DNA of 62,684 bases, counting the filler, from Basidioascus undulatus (lineage: Eukaryota): assembly GCA_000826855.1 (NCBI GenBank). It is 10 parts of 10 records of this genome, joined end to end, with 100 filler letters (N's around TTAATTAATTAA, not from the genome) between each part and the next. Parts side by side here need not be neighbours in the genome. Positions count along the whole stretch, not along the records: positions 1 to 25,190 come from JTLS01000224.1; positions 25,291 to 29,378 come from JTLS01002245.1; positions 29,479 to 33,560 come from JTLS01002246.1; positions 33,661 to 37,742 come from JTLS01002247.1; 6 more parts are not named here. One strand, written 5' to 3'. Shown one piece after another: positions 24,701-36,015 of this stretch; position 1 is the first letter of the stretch; every line of letters starts with the position of its first letter. The position numbers and the translations under genes are program-made. A model generated the notes under the pieces. It saw only the letters and a list, made by a program, of their open reading frames with translations, made no database searches and had not been told where the DNA came from.

Positions 24701-25127
24701 GGTGGGCAGGGCAAGCGGAGGAGCGAAAGCGGTTTCGCGAGCGAGCTGGCCAGTGAGAGGAGCGCAGCCGGGGAATTGCCGCAACTGGACACAAAATTTC
24801 TTACTTGCAAAAGTGGACATAGGTACATGAGTTTGTGTGTCTATACCGTCTGTCTTACGATCGAGGCCGGCAGTTTCAGGCAGACAGTCCTCGGCTGTGC
24901 TGAAAGGAAGGCAGCCAGCCACAGGACAAGGGTCTTTGCGAAGTGAAATGGAAGCCAGACTGCAGTGCGACTTGGTGCGACAGTCTACAAAAAATATTGC
25001 TTCATATCATGGAATATTTGCGTTACTCTCGACAGATACAAGTACAACTAGTCAAACAGTCCCATCCCGGAGAAACATGCAATGCAAAGAGCCTGTGTCG
25101 ACGTATAAACCCGAAAGAAATGTGGAG

Positions 25128-25172
25128 CGTAGGAGTGGGAGTGGGAGTGGGAGTGGGAGTGGAAGTGGGTGG
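25128..25172 (+). repeat. (GGGAGT)n hexamer microsatellite near a contig end
   Basis: ggagtgggagtgggagtgggagtgggagtggaagtggg. Confidence 0.8.
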
Positions 25173-25190
25173 AGCGATTAGACAGAAACC

Positions 25191-25290
25191 NNNNNNNNNN
25201 NNNNNNNNNNNNNNNNNNNNNNNNNNNNNNNNNNTTAATTAATTAANNNNNNNNNNNNNNNNNNNNNNNNNNNNNNNNNNNNNNNNNNNN
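25191..25290. other. Artificial contig linker (N44-TTAATTAATTAA-N44); also at 29379, 33561, 37743, 41921, 46096, 50255, 54379 and 58532
   Basis: Nine matching 100-nt spacers with stop codons in all six frames. Genes are cut at them and do not resume on the other side. Confidence 0.97.
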
Positions 25291-26743
25291 TGGCGGGCCG
25301 CACGGCAATGCAAAGGGCGCGTGCTTGAACATTTTGCTGGGACCCGATGCCCAAGAAACAGTACATGATGGCACGAGCTGCAGTCAACAATAGCGGTTGC
25401 ATTCAACAACGATACCTTGATTTGCTCAAGCTGTGAACCGTCGATGAACGAAATAAATAATTGTGCGAGACTTGGCGAGACCCATCCGAAGGGGCCTTGA
25501 ACCTGAAACACTCGAAACAGTAAGCCCATATTCTGAAGCGAAGCGCCGTGACGGGAGCCTGCTTGGCAGGAAAGCAGAAAGCACAGAAAGCAGAAAGAAC
25601 CAGCGCCCCTGTACAAATCACGCACAGGAAATACCACCTGAACTCGAGTTTCGCGGGTGCAACTTACTAGACATATCCCAAACGAGGGGAAGAAAGAGAA
25701 GGCTGTTTCTAAGAAAAGTCATGGGCGGGGCAATGCGATGCTCCATCGTTTAGTCAAGTTGAGTCCGACAATCGCGGTAGCGGTTGGCCGCATGCAGTTG
25801 ATGGGGACGGTACGGCTCGCGCGGTGGCTCGCCCGTGGGCAACAAGGGACTGCAGGTGTTCTAGATGTAGGCGGAAGCGTCGCCGTCCTCGTACTTGAGG
25901 GCTGCGTGCTCGGAGGCGACAGACCCGGCGCCGTCGCGGCGAAGCGGGATGGACAATGACGTCGCCGGTGGGAAAGCTGATCTCGGCTCCCGTCCATGAT
26001 TGGCTCCCGTCCATGACTTGGACGGGGGAGACATCACCGCTGCCATACGATGCGAGTGGGAATCAAGATGCGGGTGCGGGAGGGGCACTGTGCTATAGAG
26101 TGGGGACGAGGCGGAGGACAGTGGCCGTAACGGAGACACCCTGCGCATCACTACCCTCCGCCGCTGCCCCTTTAGGCTTCTCCGGTGTAAGATCGAGGCG
26201 TCTAGACGCGCTCTTGCTATCGGAATAAAGTGCAGACGGCCAGTCAACTTTCTCCAAGGCCTCGCGACATCTCCACAAATAAGCCCATGTCCGTCAGATG
26301 GTGGCGAATACGTCCGCGCGTGCATGATGGATAGCGAGAGACGGCGCGCGATTAGTACATGCACGACGGCGGTCGAGGACTTGAGAATCGCAAAGCGCCC
26401 ATGTTGGCGGCGTGACGCAGCATGGCTGGGAACGAAGGAAACCTGCGCAGCGAAGAGACTGCTTTGGCGGGATGCGGACGGACGGTGGTCGGCTGAGCGG
26501 ACGGTGTAAGCGCGAATAAGATGTCGGGCTACGCATCGGATCCGCTGTGGAGGGAAGGCACCATGGGACGAAAGTGCGAAGTCGATGGTTCGAGGGCGGT
26601 AGACATTAGTAAGTTAATTGGTGCGAAGTGGGCGAAGGGTCTGTTCGACCACAGACGAGTGCTCCTCATGCAAGTTCCGTTATCGCTATCCATCGCTCGA
26701 CCCTCTACACCGCCCAGCCTACTCCTCCACCCCGCCCCTCTAA

Positions 26744-27464
26744 TCAGTGGTCCACCTTGTGCGCCTGCTCGAAACGGATGCCGCTGCGGACAAGGGGGAT
26801 AGATGAGGTCAGGGGGGAGACGGGGATCGCACCAGACGAGCATGACCAACCAGTAGCTGTGGGACGCAGCATGAGTCAGCATGCGGACAGACCAGAAATT
26901 GCCGATGGACGTACCCGCAGCTGTGAGGACCGGGCTTGTCGAGCTTGATGAAGATCTTAGGGTGGCCGAGGGGGCCGCCGCCTTCGAGCCCCATCCAAGG
27001 TCAGACCTAGAGTTCCCCGCCCCTTTCCGCAAGCAACACGCCGCGCGCCGCACTCACCACCATCGCAGGAAGCAATCCGACCCTCCACCAGGCGCACCGG
27101 CTCCCTGCGTCCCCCCACCATGCGTGAGCAAGTGTCTCCCTGCTCGTGCGGGCACCACGCCGACTCACTGCGCAATCATCTCGATCGCAGCGAGGGGCTG
27201 GGGCTGGAGGGGCAAGTAGGTCTGCTCGAAGCGCGCGCCGACCATTGCCTGCTCGCGCGGGCGCTGGTGCTCGGACCACTTGGTCGCGCGGTTGGGGGCC
27301 TGGGGCGGGAGCTCGGCGAGCGGCGTCTTGCGCTCCTGGAACTCGACCGGATCGCGGGGCGAGGTGCCCTCGGGGCGGGGCGCGGGGACAGCGGTGTGCT
27401 GCGAGCGCGTGAGGACGCGCAGTGGGGACGGCCGCGGCAGGCGGCGAAGAAGCGTGCTAGACAT
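26744..27464 (-). CDS. NDUFS6: NADH:ubiquinone oxidoreductase zinc-finger subunit (NDUFS6/NUMM), 5 exons
   Basis: Mitochondrial-type presequence, QAPNRATKWSEHQRPREQAMVGARFEQT..QPQPLAAIEMIA, EPVRLVEGRIASCDGGGGPLGHPKIFIKLDKPGPHSCGYCGIRF. Confidence 0.95.
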
Positions 27465-27995
27465 GGCGAGATGATTGAGGTCAACGGCGAGGATGCTCGC
27501 GAGCTCACCGGCGATGGACGCAGGGGAGCGCGGACCTAACCAAAGAGCGTAGGATGAAGTTGGCGGCGAATCGCAGTGGTGTGAATGCACTTTCGTGTAT
27601 AGTGGCACACACCTTCCTCAACTCATCTTTGAAAATACCGAGAATAAAATGTTGTTTGCATTCTCAAGTATGGGGGGGTGGGTCAACGCATAAAGTATGC
27701 CCAACAAGCGCTACGAATGCGATGCAAAGTTCGCTGGCTGTCGAGTCTGCAGCCCCGACACGGTGTGCAATGAATATAGGAAGTCAGAAGCAATCCATTT
27801 ACTGACTTGTTTATAACCAAATATTCTGCTCGAAAGGACCATACAGCTGTGTGGCAGTTCTGAAGACGCAACAACCACTACCAGGCATGGCACTTTCCCC
27901 CTAACACACTCTGTCAACTGCCGCATCAGTGCCAGCAACTATGTGCTTCGTACACTGCCGTGCAACAAGAGTTTCGACAAGAGTGCCGTTCCTAA

Positions 27996-28006
27996 CGGCT
28001 CATTGG
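27996..28006 (+). promoter_or_regulatory. Pol III A-box-like element in the leader of the permuted tRNA
   Basis: CGGCTCATTGG compared with the TRGCnnARYGG consensus, about 30 nt upstream of the B-box (GTTCAATCC, 28037-28045). Confidence 0.55.
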
Positions 28007-28021
28007 TCGTGCGGCAGCGAA

Positions 28022-28101
28022 ATGGTGAGGTCGGTTGTTCAATCCAGCCAGGGGGCACTTGAATTGCCCCTTTAGCTCAGTGGTAGAGCGCGCCACTCGT
28101 A
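28022..28101 (+). tRNA. Circularly permuted tRNA-Thr(CGU): 3' half 28022-28057, 8-nt spacer, 5' half 28066-28101
   Basis: 5' half GCCCCTT TA GCTC AGTGGTA GAGC G CGCCA CT CGT A. 3' half A TGGTG AGGTC GGTTG TTCAATC CAGCC AGGGGGC A. Reordered, they give a 72-nt cloverleaf with all four stems fully paired (Watson-Crick or G:U). Confidence 0.9.
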
Positions 28102-28106
28102 CTGTC

Positions 28107-28111
28107 TTTTT
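28107..28111 (+). terminator. RNA Pol III oligo-T terminator
   Basis: TTTTT begins 6 nt after A37 of the 5' half, and further T-runs follow. Confidence 0.7.
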
Positions 28112-29101
28112 GCTTGTCTGACAGTCTTTTTGTTTCTTTTGCCCCATTGTCTGTTCCAGTGCCTTTTTTTCATGCTCGAGCGTCGGATATGTGTGCTCTG
28201 TTAAAAAAGGTGGGTTGGCCTTCACCAAGATGTGCACAGGAGGCGTGCGGGTGGATCTTGGGTGGATCTGTCCCGTCCAGGGTCGAAGGTAAAGACGGCG
28301 TTGATTGTCGTATGTTACCTATAGCAGGTGGGGCATGGAGGCTCTCATCTTATTCCTCGCACGACGTGCCTAGCAGTCTGCAGAACGTCTGCCAGTGCTC
28401 AATTGATGTCCGCCGAGCTTCTGGGATTCGCGTCCTCACGAATAACTGCCTTGCTTCGGAAACCACTAGTTTTTTGCTGTGTAAACAGGCGGTCTGTTTT
28501 CATTGTGTCAGCACAGGCAGAGAAAGTCGCTGTCATGCCCAAGCCCTGCTTGGGACTCGAGTCTTGGGCGTGAAGAGTACTAGTTTTACGCAGCGGTTCC
28601 GGCTGCTGGCATTACGAAAGAAAGAAAAAGCCTTCCTAGGCGGTTCTTTCTGCGCCCGAGGAGTCTGTTTATGGTTGATGGAAAGCAAGCATTCCAGGGA
28701 TAGGTCCCGCAAGTGCAGACGACATGTCCGCCCGACCCCGGCCCGTCCGCAAGAGCTTCGGTTCTCGTTGTCCTTCCGCAAACAGCCAACCCGTGTCTTA
28801 AACTATCAACAGTTGTTGGTTGATAGCACTCCTCAGCGTATATTGAGTTCGCCTCAGCCGTGCGCAGTCCACGCAGCCTTTGTGGCGCTGATGCATTCGA
28901 GGGGCTGCGTGTCCGCATTCCTTCGCCGTCCCCCTCTTTTGAGCCCCGCTGTCCGTCACGGCCTGGATGAAGAGTGGAGATTTCTCTCGACTCTCCGTCA
29001 ACAGCTCCCAACAGCCACACACATTCGTTCATCACGCTCGCGTTCAATTTACGACGTCCCCGCCTTCGCATTTTTTACGTATTCGAACTCATACCCCTAC
29101 C

Positions 29102-29378
29102 ATGCTCCTCCTCCTCGCGCTCCTCCTGGCTGCGGCGTCCGCCTGCGCGCACACCTTCGTGCACAGCCCCATCCCGCGCGCCCACCGCGACATCCCCTAC
29201 TCCAGTGGCAACCCCTGTGGGGACGAAAGCACGGTGATTTCGAAGGCGAACACCTTTGCGCGCGGGCAGAGCGTCGAGCCGCAGTGGGTGTGAAACAGTG
29301 CGTCTCGAGTCTGCCTCCTGTTTCATGGGCGCCATCTGGGCTGGTTCGAGGGCTTGACGTCGTGATTGAGGGGGGAAT
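29102..29378 (+). CDS. Secreted protein with His at mature position 1 (LPMO-like/histidine-brace candidate); truncated by gap
   Basis: MLLLLALLLAAASACA|HTFVHSPIPR...NPCG...TFARGQSVEPQW, then an intron. Confidence 0.6.
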
Positions 29379-31125
29379 NNNNNNNNNNNNNNNNNNNNNN
29401 NNNNNNNNNNNNNNNNNNNNNNTTAATTAATTAANNNNNNNNNNNNNNNNNNNNNNNNNNNNNNNNNNNNNNNNNNNNTTCCCATCTCCTCTTCATCGGA
29501 CTGGCTCCTACGCTCTTTTCGCTCCGTTCACTTTGCGCTCGGCTCGCAATACTTCCTCTTTCTCTTATTTCCGCCCTCTCGACGGCTTCGCTTCCCAAAA
29601 TATTCCGACTCCACATTCGTTCGTCACCATCTTGCCCACCTTGCTGTGTCAGTCTCGGTTCGGCTCGAGCACTGTACACCTGCCACTCACTTGTGATCTT
29701 CGGATCTCACAATGCACCGATTTGAGTGAACGCTTGACGTATTGCTGCTTTGCCAATATCTGCGCTACGAAAGCTGACGAAGTTGAAGCTCCGACAAGCT
29801 GCTGCTCGCTGCCGTCGGTTCAGATTGAAGGGTTCTGGACACGTCGCATCGCTGCAGTTCAGATTGTGGGCCCGAATGGCTCGAATGACCTTTATTCAGA
29901 TTTCTTGATTGGTGCAGGCAAATCGTACTGTACAATTTGAGGTGTCGGAGGTGCTGCGTCGACTAGAGAAGAGCACTTGTTTGCCCGCGTGAGCCATAAG
30001 ACGCGTAGAACTTCTACAGCCCTGAAGGAACAGCTTTGAGCCTGGGCAAATTTACATCCTTTTATGCTATTTGCAAGTGCTAGACCCTGTGCAAGTCCAT
30101 TCATGCGAGCCAAAGCGTGCAGGCAGGCAAGCTAGCTAGCCCCCGCGACAGTGCACATGGAAGACTAGACTCGAGCCCCTCGTCCTCGTAGAGCCAACTT
30201 ATCGAGTTTGAGATCGTCCTTTACCGGCGCGCTTCCTCCCCCTAAGTACTTACAATGCATCTTTCAGGTCGATACCGCCGATGGAGAAAGCTCACAGTCC
30301 GGCGTCATGGTGAGACTGCCACCCCGGCGCCTGTGTGATGTTCGCTGCATTTGCTCCGTTGGGTAAGCATAAGACTTCAGGCCTCTAATTTTTTTCTGAT
30401 ATAATGCTCATAAATCATGAATCTGGACGATGAGAAAGAGAAAGCATTGACGGTCTGTCAACCCGGCTTTTGCAGTCCTCATACGGCAGCGCTTGCATGC
30501 CTTTGTCGAGTGTCTACGTGAATTCGCCCCCAGAGTGAAATTAATAGGACTTTATAGCTCATAAGAAGGCCTGTATGAGCTCAAGGGAGAAGTGCGTCAG
30601 TCTCCACAGCGCAACGGCGAAGACTGCACACGACGAGCCCTTTCGCAACTGCAACCACGTGGATCTGGAACGTCTCGGTTTGCCCAGGCAATATGCAGCC
30701 CACGTATACCAAGAGGCTCTAGTTGTGGGAGGGAGCTTATGTCCACTTCACTAGTTTGCAGAGGCCTCTCGCAACGTTCGTGTTCCGAGTCAGAAGGCGG
30801 AGAGGATGCGTGGGGCTTATGATACTGCAGCTGCGCAGATGAACACAGACCATTTAGGTTCACGCTATATACGATGCTTGTAGGAGGGATCAATGTCGCT
30901 ATTGCCGCGTCGTCACAGTCGCACAGACGCTGTGTTTAGAGCGAAGTCCTCCGGGGTGCAGTTTGGCGCTCCGTCTCCGCGTGTGCAACTCTGTTCGCGC
31001 CTCGCTCTTACGGCCTAGCCCTTGCTGCCCGCTGTGAAGTGCGAAGCAAGCGACGCACTCTCTGTCCTGTTCCACCACGACCTTATCCCAACCTCTCAAC
31101 GTCAGCATATACGGCGCCGACGGGG

Positions 31126-33560
31126 ATGGCATACCAGTGGAACGGGCAGCCTGCGCAGATGGGCTACGACCCCGCCATGATTGTCCACGACAGACCCGCG
31201 CAGCCCCAGCCTTGCGCACCGACGTCTGCAGGTCCAGTCCACCCGAACCAGCAGCCGTACCAGGGCCATGCGCAGGAATACTTCCAGTCCCAGCAGGCGT
31301 ACGCCCAGCCGAACGCGTCGTACGCGCAGCAGCCCCAGGCGCACCATGCCCAGGCGTATGCCCCCCAGCACACGTACCAGCTGCCCTCTCACTTCCTGCC
31401 CACCCCGACCTCGGCCCATCCTCCCTCTCATGCATACCCAAACGTCTTCAACACGCTCCTCCACCCTCCGCCCGGCCCGCCCGACCCCTCGCTTCTCCTC
31501 GCGGCGTACGCGCTTCCCTCGGCCCTGCCCTCCTCGTCCGGTCCGTCCATTTCCTTCTCGCCCCTTTCTTCATTTGTGCTGACGCTGCGATGTCCGATGC
31601 AGTCCTGGACCACCTCGGATCCCTCCGCCTCTCCTCGCCCGCACACGCGCGTAACGCATACACCCCGCCGGAATGGCAGGCCGGCATGGACTTGGGCCGC
31701 GCGGTCAGCCAGCCCGGGTGGGATGGCGTGGACGCTGGTCTGGCGGAGGCGATGAGGAGGGAGCATGAGCGGGGTTTGGGGAGAATGCCGTGCGTTTATC
31801 GTTCCATCTTTTTCCGGAGCAGGGAACTGACCGCATTGGACTGGAATGACGCGCATACAGCCACATCCACGTCCCCGACTACTACCGCTCCCCAGCGCCG
31901 ACCTCCTCCCCCCACGCGACGGGCCCACACCCCGCCCCAAGCAGCATCGCCTCCGTCCTTCTCCCCCAAATCCCCTACACCGCCCCTTCCACCTTCCCTG
32001 CCTCCGCCGGCTTCACCGCGCACTCCTCCGCCTCCTCGCCCGCCTACCTCTCCACGCTCCTCCAATCCACGCTCTCTTCCCTCGCCGCCCAGCCCGCCCC
32101 ACAACAGGAACCCGTCTCGACGCCGCACGCGCACCGGTTCGCGACGCACACGCCGACCGAGTCGCCCGACCCCCTCCTCCTCCGCTCGGGCGGGCTCCAG
32201 CCCACGCCCTCGCCGCAGAAACGCAAGTCCGCGTCGGACCTGCGCGAGAGCCCGATTGTCAAGCGCCTCAACGGCGGTGGGGAGGTGAAGACGCCCTCGA
32301 AGCAGAGGGTCACGATTCGCGTCCCGGCGCGCAAGCTGGCAGAGGCGGGGAAGGCGAGCACGCCTGGGCATAGGGCGGGGAGCGCTAGGGAGTTGGAAGA
32401 GGAGGAGTTGGAAGAAGAGGAGGACGAGATCGAGATGCTCGAGGCTTCGAGCGCCCCGGGGACCGGTGGGAAGCGTGCGCTCTCCACTCCCAAGAGCACT
32501 GGCGCGGACCGATGTTTGTCTCCCCCCACTCCCCTCTTCCTTCTACCCGCACCGGAACTCACGCACCCTCATTCAGCTGCCCTTGACAAGCTCACCTCCT
32601 ACATCGAAGACATCTTCGAGGCCGAAGACTCGCTCTCGCCCGGCGCGCCCCCGCACCCTTTCCACGCCACATTCTTCTCCCCCTTCTCCCCCCCGCCCGA
32701 CGCACAGGAGTACTGCCAGCCCCAGCTCTCCGCTGCGTCGATAAAGAAGCTCGCGAAGCTTGTTGGCGGGGTGGCGCGTTGGCGCAGGGCGGGGTTGGCG
32801 GACTTGGGACGCGGCGAGCAGGAGAACGGCGAGGGGGAGGACGGCACGGTCGCGATGCTGGGACGGCTGCTGCGGATTTTGGGGAGGAGCGTCAGGCGCG
32901 GGGGGGAGGGGTTGATGGTTTGGGGCGAGGCGGCCCCCGCCCCGGCGAGAAAGACGCCGAAGGGGAAGAAGAAGCCCCCCGCGGCCGCGTCGACCCCAAA
33001 GAAGCAGCAGCGCGGGCGACAGCCGACCGCCACGCCTGGGTCGGGCTCCCACTTGCGCCGCAGCTCGCGGAGCACATCGAGCTCGCAGCGCTCGAGCGGG
33101 ACGGGGGAGGAGGAGCGGGAGGAGGAGGCGGAGGAGGAAGACGAGGAGGACGCGGAGGACTCCCCCGCGAAGGGGAGGGGACGGTCCGGCCAGGATGTTA
33201 CGGACGAGATGCTCGATCGATTCGAGGACGACGTAAAGAAGGCCGCGGAGGCGGTCCTTGCTGCGGACTGCACGCTCGCGATCCTGAATGCGGAGAGGCT
33301 GCCGAAGCAGGTGCGTTAGGGCTGGGTTACTGGGGAGTGATGGAGAGTGGGCTGATGGGGCTGTTGGGGATGGGACAGCTCTACTCGGAGGACCTGATCA
33401 CGGCTTGTCTGGGCACGCTCAAGCACCACCTCAGCAAGACGATCTACCCCTACGTCGAAACAATCTCGGACTCGTATCGTGCGCCATCTCCCTCCTCCCA
33501 ACCCCCCACACCAACAATACCATAGCTCCTTCTCAAAAACCCAACCACCTACCACGCTTG
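31126..33560 (+). CDS. SCC2: Cohesin loader Scc2/Nipped-B, 5' part (truncated)
   Basis: Low-complexity N-terminus, then ALDKLTSYIEDIFEAEDSL, LGRLLRILGRSV, AVLAADCTLAILNAERLPKQ|LYSEDLITACL. Confidence 0.85.
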
Positions 33561-33660
33561 NNNNNNNNNNNNNNNNNNNNNNNNNNNNNNNNNNNNNNNN
33601 NNNNTTAATTAATTAANNNNNNNNNNNNNNNNNNNNNNNNNNNNNNNNNNNNNNNNNNNN

Positions 33661-34093
33661 ATTGGGGTGGTGCGGGTGCGGGAGGAGGAGGGCGCGCGCG
33701 GCCAGGGGGAGGGGGATCCGGGAGCTCGTACCGGCCATCCTCAGTAACGGAGAACGACCGATCATCATCAATGCCGTCGTCGTCATCGGCCCCTCCACCC
33801 GCGGCCCCCACCCATCCGCTACGAAACCGCGGCTCCTGTTCGACCGTCACCGCCGCCGCCGCCGGGCGGAAGTGGGAAGTCTTCTGCCGTTTCGGTGCGG
33901 GGTCAGCGGCGGACGGAGGAGGATGGTGAGGGCGGTAGGGATATGGTGGTGCTGGAGCAGTCGGTTGTGCTGGTGGTGGTTGAAGGGCAAAGGACGCCTG
34001 GGACTGGGAGATGAAGCGGGCCTCGGTCTTGTCGAGCGTGTCCAGCTCGGCCGGGTCGAGCTCAAAGTCGTACGCGTCATACTCGTCCGACAT
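33661..34093 (-). CDS. N-terminus of a hypothetical protein (acidic start, P-rich; possibly Rad26/ATRIP-like); truncated
   Basis: MSDEYDAYDFELDPAELDTLDKTEARF... stays open to the gap with gene-like codon bias. The family guess is weak. Confidence 0.5.
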
Positions 34094-34549
34094 CGCGCAG
34101 CGCGAGCGTGGATTGGGGGCTATTGAATAGTGTGTGAGATCTGGGGTGGGAGGGACGGCATCAGGCCTGGGCGCAGAGCAAAGGGGGAGGCAGAGGCAGA
34201 GCCCGGAGATAAGGGCAAGAAGCAAGAGAAGAACACGCGACGCGAACGCGCAGGATCTGCGCCAGTCCCCCGCATCAGGCTCCTGTACCTATCAGTGCCA
34301 ACTGCGATGATGACTCGGCGGAATGGTTTGACATATCTAGATATAATTGTTTGAAATACGCCTTCAGGACCATGCGAGAAAAAGGCAGGTGACATTGCCC
34401 ATTGCTTGATGCATCAATAATGGCTGCGGGCGCGATGCAAGGCACTTGGAGGCGACTCACCCCTCCGCCTTGCAAAAGAGACACCAGCACTACACCATGT
34501 ATAAGGTTCCCAGAGCGTGCACAAAGGTTTTTATGAACAATGCCCGCCA

Positions 34550-35765
34550 ATGTTGAGAGCTTCCCCATTTCCCATTCCCGTACCGCACTCTTTCACCGTC
34601 GAGCTCACTAGCAGTTTCTTCGTCCTCCGACTGGAACTCAAGAGTACTCGTCCTCGGACCCGGAGGAACGAACTGCCGAATAGAAACCCGCAGGACGTTC
34701 CATGCTTCGTCGCAGAGGTCGATCCCATGCTCAGCTAGCTTGACACTATGTTGCGCGGCCCAGCTGAACACAACGTGATCAGCTGGAGAGTTGGAGGTCC
34801 AGGAGACTGCGCTTCGAACGCAGCTAAGGAAGACCACTCGCAGCTTGGGCGGGGGGCGCGAGACAGAGTGCTTCCAGGAAGTCGAACACCGCAGAGCGCG
34901 CCCAGATCTTCAGCGACCGGAGACGCATGGGCAGCCCGCCAGCAAGCGCCGGGCCAGGTCCGCATGAGGAACACAGGTCAAGGTCACAAAGAGCGTTGCA
35001 CATGGACAAGGCTTCGATCACGGCGGGTTCCTGATCTCGATTGTAGTGGAACACGGCGAGTTGGTAGAGGTGCGCGCTATGGCGCTCAAGGAGAGTAGGA
35101 ACAGCGGGTTCAGGGATGTGCGCTGCATGGTGAACGCCAATGTGTGCAGGTGCGGGAAGTAGCTCCTCGCTAGCCAGGGCTGTGCCGTCGCCGAGAGAAA
35201 GCTCGAGCCCAGCGTGAGATCCTCAAGCCGCGGCAGACAAAGGCAAGGCAGGCTAAAAATGTATGGAATGGGCAGTGAGATCTTCATTTTCAGCATGAGA
35301 ATCCGAAGTCCAGCCAAGTGATTCAAGCACGGCAGACCGCGGACGCGGAGTCGCCGGACAGATCGACGGTGACTTCGAGCTGTTGGAGAGCAGGGCAGCA
35401 CGTCGACAGGGCTTGGAGGAGGGGTGCGCCGTCGAACGAGCTCGCCTGCCGCGACTCCTCCTCCGCTGTAGTGAGCGGATATCATGAGGGCGCCGTAGAA
35501 GGCGTCGACAGCGGGCAGATCCTTGATGACTGCGACACTCAGGAAAGCCTGCCGTAGAAGCCTCTGGATTTATGAGAAGATTCGGCTTGTATTGTCTTTT
35601 CAGCGGACTTCAGAGAACAAGAGCAGAGTGCACCGACAGGGAGCGGTACATCAACGTGAGCAACGCCCTAGTCGTCGCGGCTTCCTGGTTGGAGCCCTGG
35701 GCAGCGAAATTGAAGATGCGTGCGATGACTTTGATAGGAAGTGACAGAAGAGAGCTCCAAAGCAT
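34550..35765 (-). pseudogene. F-box/LRR-like gene remnant
   Basis: MLWSSLLSLPIKVIARIFNFAA... followed by an early stop. Downstream LRR-like pieces LPRLEDLTL and FPHLHTLAF. Confidence 0.4.
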
Positions 35766-36015
35766 GTTGAATGCGGCAAATACTCTCGGTCTGTATGAGT
35801 GTGGAGTATGATGGTGGTTGAAGGCGCAGAGGTGGAAAGGAACGCGATTGGGATGCTCAGTGCTGTGCGGCGGCCTGTAGCGCCAAACAACGTACATTGC
35901 CGGCTGCAGGCGGCAAGGGCCCGCCGCATCTTCGCCTTACTTCATCACCGCGCCGCCAACACACCTTTGAACTCCCCTCTCCTCCCTTCCACACCCCACT
36001 GTACCGCTCCCGTCT

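Noticed and set aside
27988..28057. A complete conventional tRNA formed from the leader plus the 3' half
   Set aside because: The leader has no anticodon stem to pair with TGGTG, and its acceptor and D stems are defective.
28066..28300. Ordinary tRNA-Thr with a long intron and a downstream 3' half
   Set aside because: No T-arm or acceptor sequence is visible downstream, several T5 runs would terminate Pol III, and the complementary 3' half is upstream.
28114..29430. 438-aa ORF in the track
   Set aside because: Non-ATG start and no gene-like composition. It overlaps the tRNA trailer and the real secreted gene in another frame.
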